Assembly (NCBI GenBank): GCA_963845755.1
Contig: CAWJTV010000029.1
Location: 256,001 to 320,000 of the forward strand
Source of the DNA: an uncultured Planctomycetota bacterium
GTDB taxonomy: Bacteria; Planctomycetota; Planctomycetia; Isosphaerales; Isosphaeraceae
DNA length: 64,000 nucleotides
Reading direction: 5' to 3'
A program made the translations under genes and the position numbers. Below, in pieces: positions 44,115 to 55,182 of this stretch. Numbering within the stretch: position 1 is the stretch's first letter; each line of letters begins with the position of its first letter. The notes below the pieces were generated by a model. The model was not told the DNA's origin. It ran no database searches and saw only the letters and a list, made by a program, of their open reading frames with translations.

Positions 44115-44999
44115 CTAGTGCTTTTGCGTTCCCTCTCGGATCGCCAATCGCCGGCGGATCCGATCCATGCCCACGAGCAATGCAAACGAGATCCCCGCCA
44201 GCAGCAGGCTGGCGGCGTACGCCCCTTCCGGTCGGAAACTTTCGATCCCGTCGTGGATGTAGAGCGTGGCTGTCTGGGTGTGGCCGATGAGGTTGCCCGA
44301 GACGACGAGCAGGGCCCCGAACTCGCCGAGCGATCGGGCGATCGTCAGCGTCACGCCGTAGCAGAGACCCCAGCGGATCAGGGGCAGCGTCACGCGCCAG
44401 AACGTCTGCATGCGGCCTGCCCCCAACGTGTAGGCCGCTTCCACCTGATCGGTGCCGAACTCGCGGAGCACGGGGACGACTTCGCGGACCACGAACGGGA
44501 GGGTCACGAACATCGTGGCCAGGACCATGCCCGGCACCGCATAGACCACCCGGTAGCCCGCGGCTTCGATCCCGCGCCCCAGCCATCCCTCCGGCCCGTA
44601 GAGGATGACCAGCATCAGGCCGGCGATCACCGGCGAGACGGCGAAGGGCAGATCCACCAGGCCATCGGCCAGCGATCGGCCCCAGAAGCGTTGCCTGACC
44701 AGGACCAGGGCGAAGGCCACGCCGAAGATCGTGTTGATCGCGGTCGCCACGGCCGTGATCCCCAGCGACAAGCCGAAGGCACGCTGGAACTCCGGCGCGG
44801 CCAGCGCCTGGGCGAACGGCCGCCAGCCTCCCGCCAGCACCTGGCGGGCCAGCGCACCCGCCGGCACCAGGATCAACAGGGCGAACCAGCCCAGGACGAC
44901 GATATTCAGCAACCAGCGGCCCAGCGGGAGACTCCGAGGGCGCGCGGGCGTTGCCGGCTCGATCGGGCGAGCGATGGGACGGAGGACCTCAGTGGCCAT
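44115..44999 (-). CDS. cysW: Sulfate ABC permease
   Basis: DLPFAVSPVIAG, PFVVRE, ARSLGEFGA. Confidence 0.93.
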   Translation of the reverse strand: MATEVLRPIARPIEPATPARPRSLPLGRWLLNIVVLGWFALLILVPAGALARQVLAGGWRPFAQALAAPEFQRAFGLSLGITAVATAINTIFGVAFALVLVRQRFWGRSLADGLVDLPFAVSPVIAGLMLVILYGPEGWLGRGIEAAGYRVVYAVPGMVLATMFVTLPFVVREVVPVLREFGTDQVEAAYTLGAGRMQTFWRVTLPLIRWGLCYGVTLTIARSLGEFGALLVVSGNLIGHTQTATLYIHDGIESFRPEGAYAASLLLAGISFALLVGMDRIRRRLAIREGTQKH

Positions 45000-45819
45000 C
45001 GAACCCTCCTTGCCGGCGCTGGAGAAGGTTCAGGGCGATCAAGATCGCCAGCGAAGAGGCCAGCAGGACGACCGAGACGACCATCGCCCCGTGGCGATTG
45101 CCCCCCTCGATCTCGCCGAAGATGTACAGCGGGGCTGTCGCCGTCTCCATGGGCCGGTTACCGGCGACCAGCACGACGCTGCCGAACTCGCCGAGGGCGC
45201 GGCTGAACGCCAGCGCCGAGCCGGTCAGGACCGCGGGCCGGAGGGCCGGCAACGTCACACGAAGAAAGGTCCTCCACGGTCCGGCGCCGAGCGTCGAGGC
45301 GGCTTCCTCCTCGGCCCGGTCCAGTTCCAGGAGCACCGGCTGAACGCTGCGGATGACGAACGGATACGTGACCAGCAGCAGCGCCAGGATAATGCCCGGC
45401 TGGTGGTAGACGACGCCCCAGCCGAACTTGCCCAGGATGGTCCCGGCCACGCTCGCCGGACCATATAAGGCGACCAGCATCACGCCGGTGACGATGGTCG
45501 GCACGGCGAACGGCAGGTCGATCAGGGCGTTGACCAGCCCCTTGCCGGGGAAGTCGTGACGCACCAGGACCCAGGCCGTAGCGGTTCCGAGGACGACATC
45601 GACGACCACCATGATCAGGGCCGTGGTGAACGTGAGCTTCAGGGCATGCCAGGCGAAGGGGTCACTCAGGGCCGACCAGAAGGCGGCGAGTCCCGGTCGC
45701 GCGGCGTCGAGGCCGATCGCCAGCATCGGCAGCACGACCATCACGCCGAGGTAGGACAAGGTGGCCCCGCGAAGCAGCAGGTCCGCGGGAGCCGTGGCGA
45801 TCGCGGTTCGGGACATCAT
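44989..45819 (-). CDS. cysT: Sulfate ABC permease
   Basis: DLPFAVPT, PFVIRSVQP, EEAASTLGA, RALGEFGSV. Confidence 0.93.
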   Translation of the reverse strand: MMSRTAIATAPADLLLRGATLSYLGVMVVLPMLAIGLDAARPGLAAFWSALSDPFAWHALKLTFTTALIMVVVDVVLGTATAWVLVRHDFPGKGLVNALIDLPFAVPTIVTGVMLVALYGPASVAGTILGKFGWGVVYHQPGIILALLLVTYPFVIRSVQPVLLELDRAEEEAASTLGAGPWRTFLRVTLPALRPAVLTGSALAFSRALGEFGSVVLVAGNRPMETATAPLYIFGEIEGGNRHGAMVVSVVLLASSLAILIALNLLQRRQGGFDGH

Positions 45820-45820
45820 C

Positions 45821-46873
45821 TCACCTCCCTTTCGCCTGCGAGGTGAAGATCGATGTCCAGGTCCCCGCGGGTCCGTAGACCTCGTCCTGCAATGCGCCCC
45901 AGCCGCCGAGATCGGCCATGGTGAACAGGCTCGATGGCATCGGCGGCTTATCGGAAGTCTCGACAGCGGCCGGATCGGGTTTGACAGGGCGGAAGCCGTA
46001 ATCGGCCAGGATCCCCTGCCCCTCGGGCGAACGCAGAAATGCCAGGAATGACGCGGCCAACTCCCGGTTACCGTGCTTCGCGAGGGAGGTCTCGACGACG
46101 GCCGCCGGGCTCTCGATCACGAGGGTTGCGGGCGGGATCACGTAGGGGATCTCCTGGCCCGCCTTGCGCCGCAGGAGCAGCTCGTTCTCGTAGGTGACGA
46201 GCGCGTCGCCCGTACCACGTTCGAAGTTGGCCACGCTCTGGCGGCCGGAGGGGTCCATATTGACGACGTTGGCCTGGATCCGAGACATCAGGTCACGGAC
46301 GGCGGCACGATCGGGTTTCCCGTCGTGGGCGCGCTTCGATTCCAGCAAGGCGGCGCCGTAGATCGCGTTGATGTTCCAGCGGGCTCCGCCGGAGGTCTTC
46401 GGGTCGGGGTAGAGGACGCCCACCCCCGGACGGGCCAGGTCGGCCCAGTCCTTGATGCCTTTCGGATTACCGGGCCTGTGGCCGATGACGACGAGGCTGT
46501 GGCTGATGATGCCCTTGTCGGGGCCGTCATCCCAGTCGGCATTGACTCGCCCGGCCTTCACGAGGAGCTCCATGTCGCCGGAATGGGAGAGCACCACAAC
46601 GTCGGCATCGAACCCCGTGGCGACCGAACGGGCCTGGGCTCCCGAGGCGTTGTACGATTCTTCGAACCGCACCTTGCGGCCGGTCTTGCGCTTCCACTCG
46701 GCTTCGAATGCGGGCAGGAGGCCATCATGGAACGCCTCCTTCACCACCGAATAGGCGCCGAGCTCCAATACGTCGGTATCGGGGTCGGCCGCTGGGGAAC
46801 ACCCGGCCGTGAGCCCGCACAGGGCCAGGGCCGCCGTCCCCAGGAAAATCCAGGCATTCCGCCGCATCACCAT
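45821..46873 (-). CDS. sbp: Sulfate-binding lipoprotein
   Basis: Lipobox TAGC; ASGAQARSV, PDPKTSGGARWN, YENE. Confidence 0.93.
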   Translation of the reverse strand: MVMRRNAWIFLGTAALALCGLTAGCSPAADPDTDVLELGAYSVVKEAFHDGLLPAFEAEWKRKTGRKVRFEESYNASGAQARSVATGFDADVVVLSHSGDMELLVKAGRVNADWDDGPDKGIISHSLVVIGHRPGNPKGIKDWADLARPGVGVLYPDPKTSGGARWNINAIYGAALLESKRAHDGKPDRAAVRDLMSRIQANVVNMDPSGRQSVANFERGTGDALVTYENELLLRRKAGQEIPYVIPPATLVIESPAAVVETSLAKHGNRELAASFLAFLRSPEGQGILADYGFRPVKPDPAAVETSDKPPMPSSLFTMADLGGWGALQDEVYGPAGTWTSIFTSQAKGR

Positions 46874-46906
46874 CTCCTTCTGATCCGGGATCTCCGGGGA
46901 GGATGC

Positions 46907-47110
46907 TCAATCGCTCCCGGAGGCTTCCGCGCCGCCCGGATTGCCGTCGTCCGGGAGGAGTGAAGAGTCCGGTTTCACGTGGGGTAAGAGGGTCGGGTCG
47001 GTGTCCGGACGCATCGGCCGGGGTGCGCCGGTCTCGATCGACCTCGCCTGGAGCCGCGCGGCGAAGAATTCGGCGAGCAGTCGTCTGGTAAAGTCGCTGG
47101 ACGGATTCAT
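46907..47110 (-). CDS. Small hypothetical protein
   Basis: Co-oriented ORF filling the gap; no motif. Confidence 0.3.
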   Translation of the reverse strand: MNPSSDFTRRLLAEFFAARLQARSIETGAPRPMRPDTDPTLLPHVKPDSSLLPDDGNPGGAEASGSD

Positions 47111-47207
47111 GAACCGAGATCCTCGGGACAGGGACATGGGCGGCCGGGCATTCGACGCACGGCACCACCTTGGATTCCCACCGCTCGATGAAAGGGGCTC
47201 CGCGGCC

Positions 47208-47669
47208 TCACCTCAAACGAATCGGCTCGAGTTGATTGCTCTCGGCTCGCACGGTGACGACCAGGCCGGAGCTGTCCTCGTCGCCGTACTTGCCCGGAAA
47301 GGGCGGCTTCTTCCTGGATGTCGCGGCCGCCTGCTGCAACCGGGGTGACTCGACGCGGAGCTTGTAGTCCCCGGCCGGCGCGCCGTCTCCCGATCCACCC
47401 GTAACCAGGGAAAACGTCCCGTCCGAACTGATGACACCGCTGGGGGTCAAGGGCAGGTCGCCCTTCGGCACGAAGTAGATCCATCCCTCGCTCAACGGCT
47501 TACCATCGGCGAGCAGGACCTTGCCCTTGACCTCGTAGACGTGGAGGGACGGTAGCGAATCCGAGTTGTGACAGCCGCCCAGCCCCGCCAGCAGGGCCAC
47601 GACCGGGCCGGCCAGCCACCGAGAGCCGTAATGCCTCCGGTCCGCATGAACTATGGTCGATGCAGTCAT
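47208..47669 (-). CDS. DUF1559-associated small lipoprotein (carboxypeptidase-regulatory-like fold)
   Basis: LGGC lipobox; VKGKV..DGKPL, DGAPAGDYK, P.KY...SSGL. Confidence 0.8.
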   Translation of the reverse strand: MTASTIVHADRRHYGSRWLAGPVVALLAGLGGCHNSDSLPSLHVYEVKGKVLLADGKPLSEGWIYFVPKGDLPLTPSGVISSDGTFSLVTGGSGDGAPAGDYKLRVESPRLQQAAATSRKKPPFPGKYGDEDSSGLVVTVRAESNQLEPIRLR

Positions 47670-47813
47670 TTCAGAATCTCCCCAGAGATAGATGAGCAAC
47701 CAATCAAACCGGTCGAGAGGGCTCACCAATCCTTGAGCCGAGCGGCCTCGGAGGCCGATCCGAAGTGACGGCCCGAAGTCCTCCGACCCCGGGCCGCGCG
47801 AGACGCGCCTCAC

Positions 47814-48893
47814 TCAGTACTGATCGGAAGAGATGGTCTCGTTGCCCGACAGGGTGAGGAGCGACCGGAACGCCACCAGGTTGATGCTGTCCTTGATGAA
47901 GTGGACGGAACCGTCGCCGAACAGGGCGTTGATGCCACCAGGGTGGAAGGAGTACGGCTCCTCATTCGGGCCCGCCTGGTTGCCGGCCGTCACGATGGTC
48001 GAGGGCCAGGCCACTCCCTCATTGGTCGGAATTCCCTTGTTGTTGGGCTGGCCCGACGTGCCGAACGCACAGCCCGGGTCGGCCCACCTCCAGTATCGGT
48101 GTCGTGCTGTTGGCCCACCCGCGGGCCCCTGTCCCCGAACGACGGGATACTGACCTTCGAAGTACTGGCTGACGAACCGCTCGTCGCGGCCGGCGCACTC
48201 GATAATCGCGATCGTGTTGCTCAACCCGTCGGTGTCCTCGCTGATGAGGGTCTTACCGTCCTTGAGTAGACCCTTGGCGGCCACATTCTTGTTACGGTAG
48301 GGAACGATCGTCGTCGCACCGAGGCCGCCGGTGACCAGAGTGCCACCGACCACATTGATATCGGTATACACCGACGGCGCGTAATCCATGTAGCCGTAAC
48401 CGGCTGTCTGGGTCTTCTCGAAGGGCGAGGCGTTGGGGTCATTCTGGGCGGTGTCACGTCCCGCGGGACGGGGGTCGGACGGGCAGATAAATACCGTCAT
48501 CACTGGCGAGGCACCCGTGAAGTTGCCGCCGCTGGCGTCGTTATACTCGTACGCGAAATTCAGCGCGTTGTACTGCGAACCCCCTTCGATGTAGCTAAGC
48601 ACCCGGGCCTGGACGCTGAAGCCGGTGTCGGGGAACATCACCGATGGGGGCGAGGTCGTCAGATTGATCGACTTGCAGGCTGGTGGGAACACGCCGTTGC
48701 TATTCTCATAGTTATGCAACGCCAGGCCCATCTGCTTGAGGTTATTGGTGCACTGCGCCCGCCGGGCCGCCTCGCGTGCCGACTGGACAGCCGGCAGCAA
48801 TAGCGCGATCAGGACCGCGATGATCGCGATCACCACCAGGAGCTCGATCAGCGTGAAGCCGGGTCTTTGCGGCCGAATCCTCGGGGAAACCAT
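47814..48893 (-). CDS. DUF1559 (prepilin-type N-terminus, H-X9-DG) protein
   Basis: [44 protein letters not shown]. Confidence 0.95.
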   Translation of the reverse strand: MVSPRIRPQRPGFTLIELLVVIAIIAVLIALLLPAVQSAREAARRAQCTNNLKQMGLALHNYENSNGVFPPACKSINLTTSPPSVMFPDTGFSVQARVLSYIEGGSQYNALNFAYEYNDASGGNFTGASPVMTVFICPSDPRPAGRDTAQNDPNASPFEKTQTAGYGYMDYAPSVYTDINVVGGTLVTGGLGATTIVPYRNKNVAAKGLLKDGKTLISEDTDGLSNTIAIIECAGRDERFVSQYFEGQYPVVRGQGPAGGPTARHRYWRWADPGCAFGTSGQPNNKGIPTNEGVAWPSTIVTAGNQAGPNEEPYSFHPGGINALFGDGSVHFIKDSINLVAFRSLLTLSGNETISSDQY

Positions 48894-49157
48894 GCTCAAT
48901 CTCCTTTCAAATCTGTAAACGGTCATCAGAAAATGTGATCACTTTAGTAAAAGACAGCCCTCGGCAGCACCGGGCATGCGGACGATCGACTGGATCGTCA
49001 TCGCGCACCCCTCCCGTGCCGCATCGCCAGGCATGCGGTGATCCTCGGCTCTTCAACATCTCACGTTCCAGGGCGCGGAATGCTCCGAACCCCGACGTAT
49101 GGGGTCTGCTCCGGGACCGATGCGGGCGCCTCCGCCCGCCAACGACATCACCCCTAG

Positions 49158-49173
49158 TGCACGTGGCGTGCCA
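49158..49173 (-). promoter_or_regulatory. Sigma54 -24/-12 promoter TGGCACGCCACGTGCA
   Basis: GG-N10-GC facing the DUF1559-sbp-cysTWA operon. Confidence 0.75.
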
Positions 49174-49245
49174 CCGCGCGAATGCTGCGACAACGCAACA
49201 ATTCCCGCCCTCCGAGGCGGTCAAATCCCTGGCAACCCACCCTGG

Positions 49246-49304
49246 CCGTGATATTTCCCGGGTAAACCGTGATATGTGCTAGGACAAACCGTCATATTTG
49301 ACGG
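49246..49304. promoter_or_regulatory. Triple enhancer site (consensus CCGTSATATTTGNCGG)
   Basis: Units at 49246, 49267, 49289; the last is the palindrome CCGTCA-TATT-TGACGG. Confidence 0.75.
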
Positions 49305-49377
49305 TTACTGGATTCGCGACGTCGATTCTGCCCATGCGGCCTCGACGCATGGAAGAGGGAAGCGATCGTGGACAGTC

Positions 49378-49644
49378 TCACGATCGGAACGACTCGAGAC
49401 CGGCCCTGCTCCGCGGATGACACGCTTCCGAGACCACGATGCTCGAGAGGATCCCTGTGGCAGCGAGGATCACTATGCCGATCGTACCGACGACGAGCAC
49501 GATCATCAGGACGGGCAATATACAGAGGACGAAGGCGACTCGAAAGAGTCGATCCAACAGAAACGTAACCATCGATGGGGTTTCCGTCGATCGAGACGCC
49601 TTGACGGCTGCGTGCGATGGTATCGATTGCAGTTGGGAAATCAT
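49378..49644 (-). CDS. Small membrane protein
   Basis: Long hydrophobic stretch; start uncertain. Confidence 0.45.
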   Translation of the reverse strand: MISQLQSIPSHAAVKASRSTETPSMVTFLLDRLFRVAFVLCILPVLMIVLVVGTIGIVILAATGILSSIVVSEACHPRSRAGLESFRS

Positions 49645-49720
49645 GGCCAGCTCCTTTACGTGTTTTAACAAGAACTGTAGTGGTTCAAGCTATCGCGTCC
49701 GGGGCCCATCCCACTCGCGC

Positions 49721-50209
49721 CTACATGGCCAGGGACGCCCGAGACTGAGCTTTCGATCGTCGTGGTTGCTGATCGGCTGGGACATTGGCTGCAGGTCCGC
49801 GATAGGACCCTCGACGGAGGTACGTGTCGAGGACACGACCGATTTGGTGCTCATGATGGGTGCGACTGATATACTCGGTCACGCCCATGCGATAGAGTCG
49901 CGTTGCCTGCTCGACGCGATACGATTCGGAGACGACCAGTACGGGGACGCGATGCGCCAGTACGGTCGTCGTCCAGAGGAGCCGATTCAACCCCTCGTAA
50001 CGGGCCCCGCGGCCCCAGTGAAGGACGATCAACCGCGGCGGATCGGCCTTTTCCAGCGAGAGACAGGCGTCCTCGATCGTGGCCGCCACGGCCATCCGGG
50101 ACGGCCCGGCCTCGCAATGCCCGAGGTGCCATTGGAGTAGCCGGAGTAGCTGATCGTCCGACGAGATCGTCAGGAGAGTAAGGTCGAGCATGCCTGTCGG
50201 CTCCATGAG
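49721..50209 (-). CDS. Atypical stand-alone receiver domain
   Basis: TISSDD, PRLIVLH (His where Asp is expected), PVLVVS, MGVTEYI. Confidence 0.65.
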   Translation of the reverse strand, partial: LMEPTGMLDLTLLTISSDDQLLRLLQWHLGHCEAGPSRMAVAATIEDACLSLEKADPPRLIVLHWGRGARYEGLNRLLWTTTVLAHRVPVLVVSESYRVEQATRLYRMGVTEYISRTHHEHQIGRVLDTYLRRGSYRGPAANVPADQQPRRSKAQSRASLAM

Positions 50210-50281
50210 CATTTGCGGTCTGTCCTGCCATCGACATCTCGCGGGGCCATCCCATCGCGCGATTCCTCTATCTAGCACCTC

Positions 50282-51662
50282 TCATGCCAGGATCTCTTTG
50301 ACGACTCGCCCGGCCACGTCGGTCAGGCGGAAGTCCCGCCCGGCATAGGGGTAGGTCAACCGGCGATGGTCGAGGCCCACGAGGTCCAGAAGCGTGGCAT
50401 GAAGGTCGTTAGTGTGCATGCGTCCCTCAACGGCGCGGATGCCGTATTCGTCGGTCGCTCCGTATGAGAACCCTGGTTTGACGCCGGCACCGGCAAGCCA
50501 CATTGGGTAGCCGGTGATGTTGTGGTCGCGGCCGTTTTCGCCCTGGGCGGTCGGCTGGCGTCCGAACTCGCTGCCGAACAGGACCAGAGTCTCATCCAGC
50601 AACCCGCGCTGGTCGAGGTCGGCCAGGAGGGCAGCGGTCGGCTGATCGACGGACGCGCAGCGGTCGATCAATCCCTGGTGCAGGTTGGTGTGGTGATCCC
50701 AGCCAGGCTGGCAGATCTCGACGAACCGCACACCGGCCTCGCAGAGCCGTCGAGCCATGAGGCACTGGCGTGCAAAGGCTCCGGCCGGGCCGGGCTTCAC
50801 GCCGTAGGCGTCGAGCACGGGCTGGGGTTCTCGGGAAATGTCGAGCAGTTCGGGTACCTTCCCCTGCATGCGAAACGCCAGCTCGTACGATTGGATGATG
50901 CCGTCGACCTCGTCCGGCGCACTCGGGTTCGCCGCAAGGGTGCGGTTCATGGCCTGGATCAAGTCCAGTTGCCGGCGCTGCTGCCGGGTTGTGACCTGGG
51001 GTTTCAGGTTCGGGAAGTATCCCTGATCGTTGATGCGTGTGCCCTGGTACTGGGCGGGGAGGAAGCGCGCTGCCGTAGTTCACGGCCCCGCCAAAGTTGG
51101 GCGGCGGATTGATGGTGACGTACCCGGGCAAGTCCTGGTTCTCGGTGCCGAGCCCGTAGAGGAGCCAGGCCCCCATGCTCGGCCGGGTGAGAGCGGCGTT
51201 GGCGCTGCCGGTGTGCAACTGGACCACCGCCTGGGGGTGTGCCGGCGTATCGGTGTATAGTCCGCGGAGCCAGCAGAGCTTATCGGCGTGGGCCGCCATG
51301 TGCGGGAGCAACTCGGAGAACCAGGCCCCCGAATGGCCGTGCTGGCGGAACTTGAACTTCGAGGCGGTCAAGGTGCCGCCGCCCGGGCCGGGCTTGCCCC
51401 CGTCCTTCTGGAGCTGCGGCCGATACTCGAAGGTATCCACTTGCGAGATCGCCCCCTGCATGAACAGGAAGATGATCCGCGTCGCTTTCGGCTTGAAGTG
51501 CGGCCGCCTCGGTGCCAGAGGATGCGGCGCGCCTCCGCCGGAGGCTCGAGCGGCGGCCTGTCCGAGCAGGCCGGCGAACGCCAGGTAACCAAACCCCGCG
51601 CCCGCCAATTGGAGGACCTGGCGTCGCGAAAGCGGGGAAAAATGGAAATTTTTAACGAACAT
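50282..51662 (-). CDS. DUF1501 protein with Tat signal, frameshift ~51065
   Basis: SRRQVL; IIFLFMQGAISQVDTF, PSMGAW, GWDHH, SEFGRQP, GRDHN. Confidence 0.92.
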
Positions 51663-51702
51663 ATCAGTACTCCTTAAATTAAAGGGGTCGGGTGATTGGG
51701 GG

Positions 51703-54312
51703 TCACTGGATGTAACGGAACTCGGCGGAGCCGAACAGCACTTGACCGAGGGCGAGCCAGGCCGCAGTGCGGGCATCGCGCGCCCGGATCACGGGCTCGA
51801 CGATTGGCTCATCGGTCTGGTCGATCTCGTCCGGGTTCTCGGGCTGTGGTTTCGGCTTCGCCGGCGTGGTTGGGTCGTCGGCGCTCGCGACTTGCGGTTC
51901 GAAGGAGGCCGCGGTGCCCAGCTCGGCCTGATCGGTCTCGTACTCCGCGAGGAAGGCACGGCTCCTCTCGATCTCGCCCTCCTTCGGTGAACGTCCCAGA
52001 ACCAGGCGGAACATCGCCCGAATCCGATCTTCGTCGGCGCCTTCCAGATCGAGGAGGCGCCTGGCCATCGCGAGCGATTGCCGACGTACGAATGGGGAGT
52101 TCAGGAGGTAGAGTGATTGGCCCGGGACCGTGGTAATCTGGCGTCGCCCCGTGACCAGCGTCTGCTCGACCGGGTCGAAGGCCTCCAACGGCCGGGGCGT
52201 GATCCCCCGCATCAACGGCAGATAGACACTGCGATGCGTGCTCGCATCTGCCTTCTCCAGGAGGGCGCGGGCCTCCGGACCGTTGTCGCGGACCTCGACC
52301 ATCTTCAGTTCCTGAACTGGTGAGCTGCCCTGTTGCTGGGGCGTCAGGCTGCCGGCCGAGGCGAGCATCGCGTCGCGGACCTCCTCGGCATCCAGGCGAC
52401 GAGGGCTGTGCCGCCAGATCAGTGCGTTCGCCGGATCGGCAACGAGGTGCTCCGGGACCGCCCGGGAGCCGAGCTGATACGACCGGCTGAGGACGATCGT
52501 ACGCACGAGCCGCTTGATCGACCGCCCGTCCTGGAGGAAGCGGGTTGCGAGGTGGTCGAGCAGCTCGGGGTTCGAGGGCGGGTCTCCCGTGGCGCCGAAG
52601 TTGTCCACGGTCGAGACGATCCCACGGCCAAACAGGTGATACCAGATGCGGTTGACGATCACCCTCGAGGTGAGAGGATTGCCGGCGCCTGTGAGCCAAC
52701 GGGCCAGTTCCAGGCGCCCGCTGTGCTTCGGATCGACCTTCGGGGCACCAGGGACCTCGAAGGCCGTCAGGAACCCGCGAGGGACCGCCGGCCCGAGCCG
52801 CTCCGCCTGACCGCGGATGCGGACCTCGGTATCGCCAACCTGCCCGGCATCCCGGACGCCGTGGACCGCATGGCCGCGAGCGGCCGGATCGGTGAAGGCG
52901 AGCAGCTCGCCATAGAGTCGGTCGTACTTGCGGCGATACTCCCGCTGCTTCGGAAGGCCGTTCGGCCCCTTGGCCAGACCTTCCCGGGTACCGCGGATCT
53001 CGTCCCAGGCTTTCTTCGCCTCGGCGACCTTGGCTGTCAGCTCCCGCACCTCCTTCTCGGGGGGCGGCGGCAGGTCTCCCGAGAGCTTCACAAGTAGCGA
53101 GGGATCGTAATATGCGAGCCCACCTCCGCCCATCTTGCTGCGTAGCCCCGCGCAGTTGTCGGTGCTGGTGAAGATCCCGGCCAGAGCGTAGTAGTCGGTG
53201 GTCGGGATCGGGTCGAACTTGTGGTCGTGGCAGCGGGCGCAGCTCACCGTCAGGGCGAGGATTGACCGGCTCACGGCGTCGATCTGATCGTCCACGTTGT
53301 CCATCAGGAACCGGACCTTGAACCGCTGGTTCACGTCCTTGACCCCGAGGGCAAGGAAACCCGTGGCGGTCAGCAGTCGGTCTCGCTCCGCGGTCGACGC
53401 GGCGGGAAGGAGATCGCCGGCAATCTGCTCGGTGACGAACCGATCGAACGGCACGTCGGCGTTCACCGCGTCGATGACATAGTCGCGGTACTTCCAGGCG
53501 TGCGGGTAGGGAATGTTCCGAGACGGGCCGGTGGACTCAGCGTATCGGGCCACGTCGAGCCAGTGCCGCCCCCAGCGCTCGCCGAAGTGCGGCGAGGCGA
53601 GCAGCCCATCAACAACCCGGCCGAAGGGATTCGGGGAGGCATCTTCCAGAAATCTATCGATCTCATCCGGGGTCGGCGGCAGGCCGATCAGGTCGAACGT
53701 GACCCGGCGAAGGACGGTGATCTTGTCGGCGTCCTCGACCGGCTTCAGTCCCGCCTCCTCGAGCCCGGCCAGGACGAAACGATCGAGTTCATCCCTCGGC
53801 CACGACGTTTCACGCACGGCCGGCAACTCGGGATTGGTGAGCGGTTGCCAGGCCCAGTGCTCCTTCCGGAGCGGCTCATACCAATCTTTCGGCCGACCCA
53901 GCGACGTGGGAACCTTCACCGACGGCCATTGAGCTCCCTCGCGGACCCATCGAGTCAGGGCGGCGATCTGCTCCTTGTTCAGCGGTTGGCCTTCCTTGGG
54001 CATCCGCCGTTTCGGGTTCGCGTGGGTCACCCTCCGGAGCAACAAGCTAGACTCCGGGTCCCCAGGCACCACGGCTGCTCCGTTGTCCCCGCCGACGAGC
54101 AGCCCGTTGCGATCGTCCACCCGGAGTCCACCCGCCGGTTTGGTGTCGGCCGAGTGACACGCATAGCAGTGGTCCACCAGGATCGGCCGGACATTCTCCT
54201 CGAAGAACTCCACCGACGCATTGTCGCGTGGCGCCTGTCCCCAGGCCGCGGACGGCACCGCGGCGAGGATCGCGAACCCGAGTGAGCCAATGAATCGAGA
54301 TCGATAAACCAT
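51703..54312 (-). CDS. Planctomycete cytochrome c + DUF1549 + DUF1553 protein
   Basis: HCYACHS, GERWGRHWLDVARY, CARCHDHKFDP, PELLDHLA, RRLDAE. Confidence 0.95.
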   Translation of the reverse strand: MVYRSRFIGSLGFAILAAVPSAAWGQAPRDNASVEFFEENVRPILVDHCYACHSADTKPAGGLRVDDRNGLLVGGDNGAAVVPGDPESSLLLRRVTHANPKRRMPKEGQPLNKEQIAALTRWVREGAQWPSVKVPTSLGRPKDWYEPLRKEHWAWQPLTNPELPAVRETSWPRDELDRFVLAGLEEAGLKPVEDADKITVLRRVTFDLIGLPPTPDEIDRFLEDASPNPFGRVVDGLLASPHFGERWGRHWLDVARYAESTGPSRNIPYPHAWKYRDYVIDAVNADVPFDRFVTEQIAGDLLPAASTAERDRLLTATGFLALGVKDVNQRFKVRFLMDNVDDQIDAVSRSILALTVSCARCHDHKFDPIPTTDYYALAGIFTSTDNCAGLRSKMGGGGLAYYDPSLLVKLSGDLPPPPEKEVRELTAKVAEAKKAWDEIRGTREGLAKGPNGLPKQREYRRKYDRLYGELLAFTDPAARGHAVHGVRDAGQVGDTEVRIRGQAERLGPAVPRGFLTAFEVPGAPKVDPKHSGRLELARWLTGAGNPLTSRVIVNRIWYHLFGRGIVSTVDNFGATGDPPSNPELLDHLATRFLQDGRSIKRLVRTIVLSRSYQLGSRAVPEHLVADPANALIWRHSPRRLDAEEVRDAMLASAGSLTPQQQGSSPVQELKMVEVRDNGPEARALLEKADASTHRSVYLPLMRGITPRPLEAFDPVEQTLVTGRRQITTVPGQSLYLLNSPFVRRQSLAMARRLLDLEGADEDRIRAMFRLVLGRSPKEGEIERSRAFLAEYETDQAELGTAASFEPQVASADDPTTPAKPKPQPENPDEIDQTDEPIVEPVIRARDARTAAWLALGQVLFGSAEFRYIQ

Positions 54313-54368
54313 GAAAATGTCCGCCTTGCTTTGGGTATGGTGTGGGTCGGTGTTCCGCCGGCCGGGCG

Positions 54369-54868
54369 TCAGTAGGAGTCCGCGGAGACCACCTCGCCCT
54401 GCCTGACCGAGCCGAGCGCCCAGACGGTTGGACCGCTGGTGCTATCCTTGAGGAACCGGACGGATCCGTCGAGGATCAGGACATGTTGATCACGTCCCCG
54501 CCCCCAGCCGCGTCATTGAAGATGCCGACTTGGAAATTCAGGGCGTTGTAGAGCGACGCTTGCTCGAGGTAATTCAGCATGCGGGCGTGCACACTAGGGC
54601 CGTGATTATTATAAATAGTTGTCGAATTGATGTCCCCGTTCGGGAAATACGCCAGCGCCTCCGGCGGGAAGCAATCATTGACCTGGTGGTAGTTGTGCAG
54701 GCCCAGACCGATCTGCTTGAGGTTGTTGACACACTGGATCCGCCGCGCCGCCTCGCGTGCCGCCTGCACAGCCGGTAACAGCAGGGCGATCAAGACCGCG
54801 AGGATCGCGATCGCCACCAGTAGTTCGATCAGAGTGAACCCGAATCGCGTGCGCCGTCTTCGGGTCAT
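54369..54868 (-). pseudogene. Internally deleted DUF1559 gene
   Basis: GFTLIELL N-terminus joined out of frame to the C-terminal [13 protein letters not shown]...GEVVSADSY*. Confidence 0.85.
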
Positions 54869-55182
54869 CCCGGATCGCCCGACGGCTCGCGACTCCTCGC
54901 GATCTACTCGGCCGGGGCGATGAAAGGATCCAGAGCTCAGACGATAAGTCGTCGACATGCCAGACTTCCCTGGTCTGCGCCTGCCTCTGGTTTCTCCAGT
55001 CAGCGGTCCGCGGGGATCGGTATGGGACCTCTCGATGACGAGTCGGTGACTTGTGGGATCGGAGTCTCGGTGGTGACTGTGGTTCGCGGCGTGTCGGGGT
55101 GTCCCATCAACGGGGAGACAAGGGATCGCAGATGGCTTTCAAGGTGTCGGGCCGGCCAGAAACCTGCTCAATCAGAGCATAT

